A stretch of DNA of 64,000 nt. Origin: Corallochytrium limacisporum Hawaii (taxonomy: Eukaryota > Protista > Pluriformea). The translations under genes and the position numbers were made by a program. Within the stretch, counting starts at the first letter, position 1, and each line of letters opens with the position of its first letter. This document shows positions 23,754 to 33,067 of this stretch, piece after piece. Location: positions 67,532 through 131,531 of the forward strand of contig PDIP01000056.1 of assembly GCA_002811645.1 (NCBI GenBank). The letters run 5' to 3'. Below the pieces are notes generated by a model. The model ran no database searches, was not told where the DNA came from, and saw nothing but the letters and a program-made list of their open reading frames with translations.

Positions 23754-24543
23754 GGTCGCTGATAACTTCTGATTAAATTTGCAAGGTGTGCACATCCAAA
23801 AGGACGTCACTTGGCCAAATAGTGTACCTACATCTCAGGACGCCACTTCAAACGTCTCCTTAAAGTTTGTACGCACGCTCTCGCCGCAAAAGCATAGAAT
23901 TCTATCTTATTAACACGAGGCAAATTTTCCTTTGGCAGTTTCCTGATTCTAGTTCCCTTAAATAAGTGCAAACTAAATAAATAAAAAAAGAAAGGGACCA
24001 CATATATATCCTTACCCGCTCAGGACGCCCTCCGGCAGTACTCCGACTCTCCTCCAGAAACCACGAAGATTCGGCGACGGGGTCTGAGAGCGGCGGCACA
24101 CATAGTTTCACTATATTGGGCAACCGTGGCTGTCTTAGATGCGAAGCCTGTTTCGCAAAAATGGGGAGATCAGGCGGGGTCAGTGGGGTGCGCTGGACAC
24201 ACATTTGCAGTAATGGTAAAGGTTAGTGCTGTAGAAGAAAACCACGACGGTCCCACTAATGCAGCAGCTCAACTGCCCCGCCGGCCCCCGCAGGTTGAAG
24301 GGGAGAAATCATGAAAAGCCATGAGTGTGCCAAATCAGACGATTTGGGTACTGGCATTTTTTCTCAGCAGCAAGTAGTGGGTCGGGCCCTTTTCAACTGT
24401 CTCAATCCTTACCGCCTTCCCTACCTATCTCCACATCAATTTTTCTGGCTGCGCTGCCCCTCTCACCCAAGAAAAGGAGGGATCCAGTAGTGAATTTACT
24501 TTGCAATTGCGCTTATGCAACCCTTCCGCGGTCACCCTTTCTT

Positions 24544-24908
24544 CAGCATGAAATGTTGCTAGCCTTGGTGCATTGGCATGCACGGGAAAGTTACCTGCTC
24601 GGCGGTGAGCGCACTATGCTTGTGGTAGTAGTGCCTTGAAACATGTTGCGATCAGCTTCCCGGCGGGTTGCAACGCATCATCACTCGAGTACCGTCTCTC
24701 AGCAAAATTGAGTTCGCATCGTTGCCTGCCATCGTTGAGGAACGATTCACTTGATAAATCATTCCTAGTGAGAGCATTCTCTCGTAATCACCACTAATAC
24801 AAAACAATTGATGTGCTTATGACCAGTGGATTTATCGCTTTTGAAGTGGTATATTCAATATTCGATAGCTTCAAATTTACTGTGCAAAGCTGAGCGCACA
24901 GTGGTCAT
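24544..24908 (+). ncRNA. Candidate structured non-coding RNA (unassigned)
   Basis: A chain of about 8 adjacent stem-loops plus a multibranch element. G-U pairs favour the + strand. No convincing ORF. Confidence 0.3.
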
Positions 24909-25122
24909 CCAAGTTTAACCACGGCCCCCGAATTCAATGCTTCCATATTCAAAAATAAATGAGATCATACTTTGACAGAAAATATTGACCATGAGGAACG
25001 GGCTCATATACTTGAATTAATCCAAACCATGATCATTGAATCAACAGACTTGCTAATTTAAATTGCATGTATGTATGAATTCATATATTGAATCCGTCTG
25101 GTAGAAGTCCTTTAAATTGAAT

Positions 25123-26703
25123 TCAGCTACACAAATCGTTACTATGTTCACAAAGCCATTTCGCAACATAGCGACCCATTTCGGACCTCATTTCATCAAG
25201 TCCTGCTGCTTCACCGTCAAACTTTTTATGCATATTTGCACAATGGGCGGATGCAGGATTGAAGGAAATTGAGATGTGTGGACGATCGCTCTGAAGTATG
25301 CTAAGCGCGTGCCAAGGGTCGATGCCACCGTTTAGAAATAGGATATTGGAACCCGCAAACGCCTTACCTCCGTAGCGACGATTGATCTCAGACGTGGGAG
25401 GACGATTCAATGATCCATACAAATCCTGGCAGAGTTGAAGCCAGTAATTCAGTGGACTATGTGTCCCGAAGATATCGTATTTTCCATGCATTTTGTCGGA
25501 TCCATCTGTAGTCTGATAATAACCAAACTCGTAGCAGGTTTGCCAGAGCCAGCTGCGCTGTGCTGTGTAGGCGGGACTGCGCAGCATTCCCAGAGAGGCA
25601 TCGTACGAGGTGTCTATGCACTTGCCTGGCGGCAAGTCAAAGAGCTTGTAGTAAGCGTGCGCCAGGGCGAGCAGATCGTTCTCTGGAGCAGTTCGGCCGA
25701 GGATAACATTGCAAAAATCCTCCACTGTAGGTTGACCAGGGATCTCCGCATTGTATTGAGTCATGCCCATGATGGTTCCAGCCAGGAAATCCATCAGCGA
25801 GGCATCATCGTCAACGTCAGGCTTCAATTCACAGACATTAAAGGCAGAGGCTAGAAGCCTGCGGTCTTCTGTGTCCCGGCGGTCATTGAGGATAATATCG
25901 ATGGCACTGAATGCCTTGCGCACACGATCTTCACAAGCACCGCCCCCGTAGTATCGCAGGGCATGGGCCACCACCTCCAGGTACTGGTAAAAGTCAGTTT
26001 CGGCCTCCACAGGAGCACTGCTCGCAATGCTACCTATGGCCAAGTGCGGATACTTCAGTCGGTACCACGCACTCAGATTGCCAGGGTAGCTCCCGCCAAA
26101 CACAATGACTGGCGTAGACTTAGGCACATGGAAGTGCTCAAAGGCCCAGGCCTGGAAACGGGCCAAATCCTCAAGTGCCTGTGCGCTGCTTAAGTATTCC
26201 AAGCTACGCACACTGAGATCTGGAAGTGGGCGTGATTCTCCATAGAAGCGGTGTTCAGGGGCTAGCAAGAGCGCACCGTGCTCTTCAGCCAAGTCGACAT
26301 AGTATAGATTGGTAACATAACCCATGCCAATAGCGCCTTCCCCTCCAATTTGAATAAAGACAGGGCCAGTGTGGTTGTAGAAATCCGTGCGCCAGGCGAA
26401 TCGTTGACTCCAACGACGTTCGTCGCTCAAATCAAAGTGATCCAGTCTCTGGTCATGATAAAAGTCCATGCCCATCGTTTCATTGGAAGGCTTGTCTGAC
26501 GAATTATTCATGACGAGAGAACTCTCCTTGAGGTCCCCTCGCTGTTCCAGCACATAGCTCACGCCACCTCCAATGCCAAACACGTACGTGCCTGTGGCTT
26601 CCATATACGGCACAGAATCTTTGGGTCTGTGAATTGCCTCGCAGCTGGCTTGGGCAACAAAAGCCACAAGTGCCAGCACGATAGAGCGATACATTCTTGA
26701 CAT
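25123..26703 (-). CDS. Serine carboxypeptidase S28 family (PRCP/DPP7/PRSS16-like), secreted or lysosomal
   Basis: Signal peptide, QRLDHF, EHRFYGES, catalytic Ser in GGSYPG, Asp in NGGIDPW, His in AHCAN. Confidence 0.95.
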   Translation of the reverse strand: MSRMYRSIVLALVAFVAQASCEAIHRPKDSVPYMEATGTYVFGIGGGVSYVLEQRGDLKESSLVMNNSSDKPSNETMGMDFYHDQRLDHFDLSDERRWSQRFAWRTDFYNHTGPVFIQIGGEGAIGMGYVTNLYYVDLAEEHGALLLAPEHRFYGESRPLPDLSVRSLEYLSSAQALEDLARFQAWAFEHFHVPKSTPVIVFGGSYPGNLSAWYRLKYPHLAIGSIASSAPVEAETDFYQYLEVVAHALRYYGGGACEDRVRKAFSAIDIILNDRRDTEDRRLLASAFNVCELKPDVDDDASLMDFLAGTIMGMTQYNAEIPGQPTVEDFCNVILGRTAPENDLLALAHAYYKLFDLPPGKCIDTSYDASLGMLRSPAYTAQRSWLWQTCYEFGYYQTTDGSDKMHGKYDIFGTHSPLNYWLQLCQDLYGSLNRPPTSEINRRYGGKAFAGSNILFLNGGIDPWHALSILQSDRPHISISFNPASAHCANMHKKFDGEAAGLDEMRSEMGRYVAKWLCEHSNDLCS

Positions 26704-27444
26704 CTGCTATCACCACGGCCTCTGCAACGCCTTTCTGTTGCTTGTGGCGCCATAAAGTGTGACAATCCAATGTCACTCCGATTGTTGCGGATGAACGAAT
26801 AAGTTGGAATAGGTTTGGAAGAACATCTTCACTTATTTGCTATCGTTACAAAAGGAGTGGAAAGTACACACTATGTCTCCTGTACACACACTCTGGTCAC
26901 TAGCGTGTGTGGTAATGAATACTGTGCATTAGTTCCGGACATGGACCTTATTTCAGCCGCCACGGTCTCTCTTGCTCCGGTTTGCACGCACAGAAAAACT
27001 GCCGCTTTGGGAACCAACCAGGGGAAGCAATGCGTACAAGAGCAACAAAGAAAATGTCAAGACGGCGCGAGTCAGCGGGGAAGGAGAATGTCTTCGTCGC
27101 TCAATGAAATGGTTACAAGAGCAAGAACCATTTATCCAAACCGGGGAGATCCTAAGTCCCTACGTTCGCCCTCCCGTCCTCCCTGCCATTTTATTTCCAG
27201 CCGGCCCGCTTACAATAAACCCCCAACCCACCCACGCGACCCGCTTGATTGGTGTCAAGTGCACTGGCCACAGTAGCCTTCAGTTACTTGAAACTCAGGC
27301 CATGACACTGTTTGCGTATATGTCGCTTTGGGGATGGTAGGAGAAGGACAGTCCTCATAAATGACTTAGAAAATTCCGCTGAGGATAACGAGTATGACAT
27401 AAATTCGTCCTACAGCTACAAGCGACGATATTAAGAAAGCAGCA

Positions 27445-28683
27445 ATGTCAGGCAACTTTAACGGTCCTGATCTCGGGTTTGTTTTTGAGGTGGAAGACGA
27501 GAGGCTGTTGTCCGCATGTTTCTTTCCGTCGAAACTGGGAGGGAAACCCGCCTGGTTAGATCCTAGAGCGGCACCGAGTGCCAAGGATCTGACCTGCCGC
27601 AACTGCGATCGAATCATGCGGTTCATCCTTCAGATGTATGCACCTGTGGACTTGAGGCCGTCGTCTTTTCACCGCACTCTTTTCCTCTTTGCATGCAGTT
27701 CGCCACAGTGCTGTCGCTTGAACTGTGAGTCTGACAGTAACTTTGCCGCAGCAATAGTGATCAGACAACAGTTGCCCAGAGTGAACGGTCTGTGGCCGGA
27801 GAGTCCCCCTGACTATGACAATCCGGCAGCCGCGGACGGTGTTACGTCTCCCGACCCTGAGCTGCACATGTGCGCAGTGTGCGGTATTCGTGCACCGCAC
27901 GTCTGTGGACAGTGTAAGAAAGTCTACTATTGCAGTCGAGAGCACCAGAAGGAGCATTGGGAAGGACTAAACGGACACAAGGAGCGTTGTGGCCAGCAGT
28001 CCGAGGAAGAGGCTGCCAAATGCACGTTGCACACATACCGCCAATTTGGTTTGGAGATGGAGGCAGAAGAAGAGTGTTTACCAGAGGGCACTACCCTAGA
28101 ATCCATCCTTAAAAAGGACTTTGAAAATGACAGCGACGACGAAGACGACAATGAGGATGGAGTCACTGACGAGGCGGAAGGGCAGCGAATCATCGATGAA
28201 TGGCTGGCAAAGCACAAGAAGAAGTCAAGAGACGACAAGAGCTTTGCAGAAGAGTTCGCCGATGAGACCAAGGATGCTAAAGACTCTACGCTTATCGAGA
28301 AGGATGGTCCGGAAAAGGATCCAACATTTATCAATTTCTGCAATCGTACCAATATTGCACCTGATCAAATTATTAGATACCAGCGCGGGGCGGAGCCATT
28401 ATGGCTGAACCGAGATACTGCAATGAAAGACGACGCGCCACCCTGCGAAAAGTGTGGCAAACGTCGAATCTTTGAATGCTCTGTACTGCCGCAGGCGCTT
28501 CATTTCCTGTGCAAGGGCATTGAGCGCAGCCAATTGAGTGCCATCGATTGGGGCCAACTCACTATCTATACTTGCGAAGACAGCTGCGGCGAGGCATCAG
28601 ATTGCGAGACACTGACTGAGTTCGTGCACCGGCAGTTCCCGTCAGGCATGGGAAATTACTGGAAGCCTCCTGGTCAGCAGTAG
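27445..28683 (+). CDS. PDCD2: Programmed cell death protein 2 (zf-MYND plus PDCD2_C; uS5 chaperone, Tsr4 family)
   Basis: SKLGGKPAWL, LQMYAP, FHRTLFLFAC, MYND finger CAVC...CGQC...YYCSREHQKEHW...H, QIIRY, CEKCG.RIFE and IDWG. Confidence 0.95.
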   Translation: MSGNFNGPDLGFVFEVEDERLLSACFFPSKLGGKPAWLDPRAAPSAKDLTCRNCDRIMRFILQMYAPVDLRPSSFHRTLFLFACSSPQCCRLNCESDSNFAAAIVIRQQLPRVNGLWPESPPDYDNPAAADGVTSPDPELHMCAVCGIRAPHVCGQCKKVYYCSREHQKEHWEGLNGHKERCGQQSEEEAAKCTLHTYRQFGLEMEAEEECLPEGTTLESILKKDFENDSDDEDDNEDGVTDEAEGQRIIDEWLAKHKKKSRDDKSFAEEFADETKDAKDSTLIEKDGPEKDPTFINFCNRTNIAPDQIIRYQRGAEPLWLNRDTAMKDDAPPCEKCGKRRIFECSVLPQALHFLCKGIERSQLSAIDWGQLTIYTCEDSCGEASDCETLTEFVHRQFPSGMGNYWKPPGQQ

Positions 28684-28775
28684 TGAACAGTACCTTCAAT
28701 CTTAAAGAACATACATGCTTTCTTGAATCATTCTCGGGTTGTGAGCCTCTAGTAGCTGGGTGTGATGACAGTCCA

Positions 28776-29747
28776 CTACTTCGCGCACTGTGTAAACCGA
28801 CGACTCCGTCTCGCAGTTACCTTCAACTTGGATGAAGATGGTGCCCTGAGTCGCCTCGACGACTCAATCGGTTCTATCTTGGGAATTTCCGATGCACCTG
28901 CCACCAGGTACTTCTCCATAAGACCAGCCAGACTTTGCAACTTATGGATTTTCGGCGCATTCCCAGATTCACGAGTCTCGACAGTAGTCACAGCCACGCT
29001 TGCATAGGTCGAGGACGCACAGTTCATATCATTCTCTTCCGCTTCATCCAAGTATAGCTGGAGATAAATTTGTTCATCCAGAAGAGTTTTGTGCTCCTCT
29101 TGGATGGCCAGTCTAACGGCTGGCAGTACGGTATCAATGTGTAGGACGGTGAGGTACTACCCGTCCTCCTGAAAGATCTCAGGATACTCTCGACTCACAC
29201 AGGAACGCGCGTCGCCGTATGGTGGACTCCTGTTGCTGTGCAGTCCAGAGGTTCGGCGAATGGTGCTACCCAAAGAGACATCTTTTTCTGTTCTTGTCCG
29301 TGGATGTCGGTTGAATGATTCTTTTGGATCAGAATACGTTGAAGAACTATGCACTGCCTTTTACTAAGGGTGCTTCTAAACACCTCTTGCGAGCCTACAG
29401 TAACCCTCAATTCTTCCAAGGCTTCCGCGAATCCAAGCACCTGCCGCACTAACCGTTTGCGAATCTGAGGAGCTTAGGTTGGGAACTACCCCGCTCTCTT
29501 GTGCATAACTCCGGCAGAGCAGTCTTCTGAGTGGGCGGAGGAGGAAAGTCGCCTCGATGCCTAATATACTCAGACACCAAGGCTCGCATAAACTCCAGAC
29601 TTTGCCTCTCTTCTTCAGCTTTCGCTAGCCTACCTTCTCCGATGATCGAACGCACCTCATCTCTTTCCGCGGGCGGGACTTTTCTGCAATGGCAGTCTAC
29701 ACGCTCGGGATCGTGTAGGGTGCGTCGTCGCCTGTGACCTGCGACAT
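28776..29747 (-). pseudogene. CCDC24: CCDC24-like gene, disrupted by 3 frameshifts and 2 in-frame TAGs; pseudogene or micro-intron gene
   Basis: Conceptual translation PSV*TAIAEK/VPPAERDEVRSIIGE...APQIRKRLVRQVLGF...*YLTVLHIDTVLPAVRLAIQEEHKTLLDEQIYLQLYLDE...PKIHKLQ follows, in order, the CCDC24 blocks as I recall them (PSLWELVEEHVP.ERREVKRILGE; LNVSNIDQVA.HLRGLLEEE; PTLAEL). Confidence 0.7.
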
Positions 29748-29768
29748 TGCTAACTGGCGTGACTTCAA

Positions 29769-29948
29769 CTAGGTCCTCTTAGACATTCGCTCACTCCACG
29801 ATGTGGATGCAGTCTTCAGAGTGAGGTGAGACTCATGCAGTTGCTGTGACTCTGCGTTGCAAACAGCCAGGGCGTTCCGAAACGCTAGCAGAGATTCATT
29901 GATAGTGTGCAGTGTTCTGAGTTCTCTAACCTTGTCTCTGTCCGGCAT
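29769..29948 (-). CDS. Small coiled-coil protein resembling DASH/Dam1 complex subunit Duo1 (59 aa)
   Basis: MPDRDKVRELRTLHTINESLLAFRNALAVCNAESQQLHESHLTLKTASTSWSERMSKRT*. The REL..L..IN motif and a Trp 43 residues later match the spacing I recall for the Duo1 core. It is just under the track's 60-aa cutoff. Confidence 0.5.
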   Translation of the reverse strand: MPDRDKVRELRTLHTINESLLAFRNALAVCNAESQQLHESHLTLKTASTSWSERMSKRT

Positions 29949-30327
29949 TTGGAAAAGTGTCCTTCTGGCTGCGATGCTTAACTCCTACTGCATGGTAAAG
30001 GTTTCTCGGCCACCTATTGCTGTGCTCCCAACTCCCATGTCTAATGTCAAAGTACCTCACACCCCCCAGCGACTCAACTGAGCCCAGACACGATCTAGGT
30101 GCTCACTTTCATCAAATTGGTGCCTCAATTCAGACCCATGAGACGCAGCAAACGGGATCCGAGCCAGAAATCCCCTCCCCCTCCTTCGAAAAGGGGAGGG
30201 GGGAAATCAACGTCACGCGACGAGTCAATTGAGTGCCAAGTGGGCTACTTCTGAGTGAATAGCAATAGCATTTTCAGCAAGTTATACCTAGAATGTATTA
30301 GAATAGTGTTACAGTATCATAGTTATC

Positions 30328-31290
30328 ATGCTAAGTACCTTGTCCTGGATGGTCAGAGCCGGTGCACGGCGGGCGAGACCTGTACCAGTCAGGAGCTTTT
30401 CAACAACGAAGTGTTTGACTGCAAGCCACATCTTGGTAGAGCCTCTGCAGTCAAAAATCAGCAGTGGTGAGATCACAGAGCGGCCAACTCCGGTTTTGTT
30501 TATTCCTGGTATGTTTGGGTCAGCAGCCCACTTTGAGAAGTATTTCCAGCACTACTTTGCCACCAAGGGGTACACATCAGTGGCTGTCGACATGGACTAC
30601 ACCTATAGATCCGGCAAGACTGACGAAGAATTCATAGACAGTTTGGTAGACCAGGTTGCATCAGTCGGGAGGAGTCAGATGGCCCCTCCTATCATTGTGG
30701 GCCATGGACTCGGTGGGTACGTGTGCCAGAAGTACTTGGAAAGCCACCCGGCGGCCGGTGTAGTGCTGCTTTCATCCTTCGCGCCGTCAACAGACGATGC
30801 TGTAGTCGAAAAGAAAACCCAGACGGCAATGAAACTTCATCAGGCTCTAGTGCGGGCGCAATCAAACTCGAATGACGCAGAAATTCGGGCCGACCTGCTT
30901 CATTCCATGTACAGGGAATTCGCGGAGGGAACTGTGGAGGATGCGGGCGTCCCCAGACTGTCTCAGCTGCACATGGAGAAATGGTTTGATCGAGACTTCA
31001 TCCAGAAGGCCAATGTCCTGGATCCCATGACGGTCACCAAACTGTTGGCTGCGACTGGTCGTGTACCTTGCCTGTTTGAAGCAGACACGGGCGTACCGAT
31101 GCTTTTAGTGGGAGCGAACAGCGATCCCATCACCACTTTGGTGGACACGGTGGACACCGCCCTTACATACGGACTGGATCCCGATGACTGCGACGTCCTG
31201 GAAGGATCCCTGGATATCATCGTGAATCCGGACCTGTGGAAGAACTATGCCAAGCACATACTTTTCTGGGCTGGTAGTTACGGTCTGTGA
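30328..31290 (+). CDS. Alpha/beta hydrolase-fold protein, probably catalytically inactive, with mitochondrial-type presequence
   Basis: PVLFIPG and PIIVGHGLGGYVCQKYLE (Gly at the nucleophile position); Arg/Ser-rich N-terminus lacking acidic residues. Confidence 0.8.
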   Translation: MLSTLSWMVRAGARRARPVPVRSFSTTKCLTASHILVEPLQSKISSGEITERPTPVLFIPGMFGSAAHFEKYFQHYFATKGYTSVAVDMDYTYRSGKTDEEFIDSLVDQVASVGRSQMAPPIIVGHGLGGYVCQKYLESHPAAGVVLLSSFAPSTDDAVVEKKTQTAMKLHQALVRAQSNSNDAEIRADLLHSMYREFAEGTVEDAGVPRLSQLHMEKWFDRDFIQKANVLDPMTVTKLLAATGRVPCLFEADTGVPMLLVGANSDPITTLVDTVDTALTYGLDPDDCDVLEGSLDIIVNPDLWKNYAKHILFWAGSYGL

Positions 31291-31542
31291 TCGACATGCG
31301 GACAGAAAATTAATAAATATCGTACAGTGGCAGGAGCACAGGTTATAGTGTGCTCTCTGTCCCATCGCTGGTCCTTCTCCTGGCAGCACAGCCCTTCCCT
31401 CCCTTGCTCTGGCTGATACTTTTATAGCAAGTCTGTTTCTCCGGGCGCGTAGGGATGAAGCAAACTCTCAGACAATATCTTCCCGCCAAGGTATAAGTAA
31501 CAATGTTTCGCACTCACAGCCGAAAGGATCGTAGGGCAGAAT

Positions 31543-32955
31543 ATGCAGTGGGGCTTTGCACGAACAGAGTCTGCGATGGAACGGGGGACAATCACTGTTC
31601 AAGTTGGCCAGTGTGGCAATCAACTGGGCTTAGCACTGTTTGATCGCAGACACTCTGATCAGGGTACACGGAACACATACAATTTCCGCACCAACAGGGA
31701 TGGTAGACAGACGGCCAGGGCAATTCTGGTCGACACGGAAGAGAAAGTTGTAGACCAAGTGCTGACGAGTACACAAGACCACGGTTGGGGCTTCGATCCT
31801 ACCAATGTCGTGCGCCAAAAGAGTGGTGCCGCCAACAATTGGGCTTACGGATATGCGTGCCTCGGTGCGCAAGTGGCGGAGTCGTGTTTAGAATGTGTGC
31901 GAAACGAGGCAGAAAAGCTGGACTACATTGATGGATTCCAGGTAATTATGGGCTTAGCTGGTGGCACGGGCTCGGGCGGAGGAACGTGTCTGAGTGAGGC
32001 TTTACGTGCTGAACACCCTCATTCGTTCATTCACCACCACAGCATCGGGCCATACAGGGGCGGAGAAATCGTGTTGCAGTCCTATAATACCCTGCTGTCT
32101 TTGTCATCTCTGTACCCGGTAAGTGACGGTATATTTGTCTATGCGAACGATGCATTGCACGGCGCTGTGAAGGAGCTCCTACAGGCGCAGTCGGGAAGCA
32201 CGAAGATCAGGAAGCCCTCCGGAGGCTTACAGCTTGATAGTAAGGGCAAAGTGACTTTTGATCACATTAATTCTATGATTGCGAATAACATCGTCCTCTA
32301 CGAGAGCACTTTTGATTCCACTACGAACGTACCTAGCGCATCAGCAGATATTGGCACACATCTCTGCCCTGTACCGGACTATAAGTTCCTGTCGTTGCGC
32401 AGCAATCCATACGCAGTAGACTCTACGGCAATGACTTTTTCTGCCACTCGCCCTGACATGGTGGTGAAGAACCTTTTCCGCATGCAGGCGTCGAACCGTT
32501 TGATTGATGCGAAGTTGGGTTCATCGGCAGCACACCCAGAAGGCAATGATCCACGGACGAATCGAATGGTTGCTGGTACAATCAGCCTGCGTGGCTCGGT
32601 GGTGCTGGAGGATGCTATCACCAATCAAATTCGACATAGCATTGCTGATCTGAATATGTGGCCCATGAATGGATCCATCCTTGCTTTCCCAGTGTCGCGA
32701 TATGTGCAAGTTAATGCCAGTCGGGTGTCATACAATGGCTGGAGTATGGCTGGCGCACTGGCCGCAAACGACCAGAGCTGCCAAAGAGTACTCTTGGAAC
32801 CCGTCCTAGACGACAGTTGGAGAATGTTTGAGAGAAGGGCATACATTCATCACTTTGAAAGATTCGGCGTCACACGGGATGACTTTTTGGGAAGCTTCGC
32901 CAGCATGGAACAGATTAGTAGCAACTACGCCGCCATGAGCCGACCACCATCATGA
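31543..32955 (+). CDS. TUBD1: Delta-tubulin
   Basis: TVQVGQCGNQLG, ARAILVDTEEKV, delta-typical NNWAYGY, GGTGSG, GEIVLQSYN and C-terminal RAYIHHF. Start may be the ATG at 31576. Confidence 0.9.
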   Translation: MQWGFARTESAMERGTITVQVGQCGNQLGLALFDRRHSDQGTRNTYNFRTNRDGRQTARAILVDTEEKVVDQVLTSTQDHGWGFDPTNVVRQKSGAANNWAYGYACLGAQVAESCLECVRNEAEKLDYIDGFQVIMGLAGGTGSGGGTCLSEALRAEHPHSFIHHHSIGPYRGGEIVLQSYNTLLSLSSLYPVSDGIFVYANDALHGAVKELLQAQSGSTKIRKPSGGLQLDSKGKVTFDHINSMIANNIVLYESTFDSTTNVPSASADIGTHLCPVPDYKFLSLRSNPYAVDSTAMTFSATRPDMVVKNLFRMQASNRLIDAKLGSSAAHPEGNDPRTNRMVAGTISLRGSVVLEDAITNQIRHSIADLNMWPMNGSILAFPVSRYVQVNASRVSYNGWSMAGALAANDQSCQRVLLEPVLDDSWRMFERRAYIHHFERFGVTRDDFLGSFASMEQISSNYAAMSRPPS

Positions 32956-33067
32956 TGGACAGCAAAAGAAGTTCTTTCTGTATCATAAACCATTCTGCAC
33001 AAATTCAATACAAATCACTCGTATTCTCATATATTCCAAACTGATTCTATATATTACATGTCGATGT

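Noticed and set aside
24587-24634. U1 snRNA (GUUACCUG and UUGUGGUAGU resemble the U1 5' end and Sm region)
   Set aside because: Mismatch to ACUUACCUG, the two motifs are only ~25 nt apart, and the U1-70K and U1A loops are absent.
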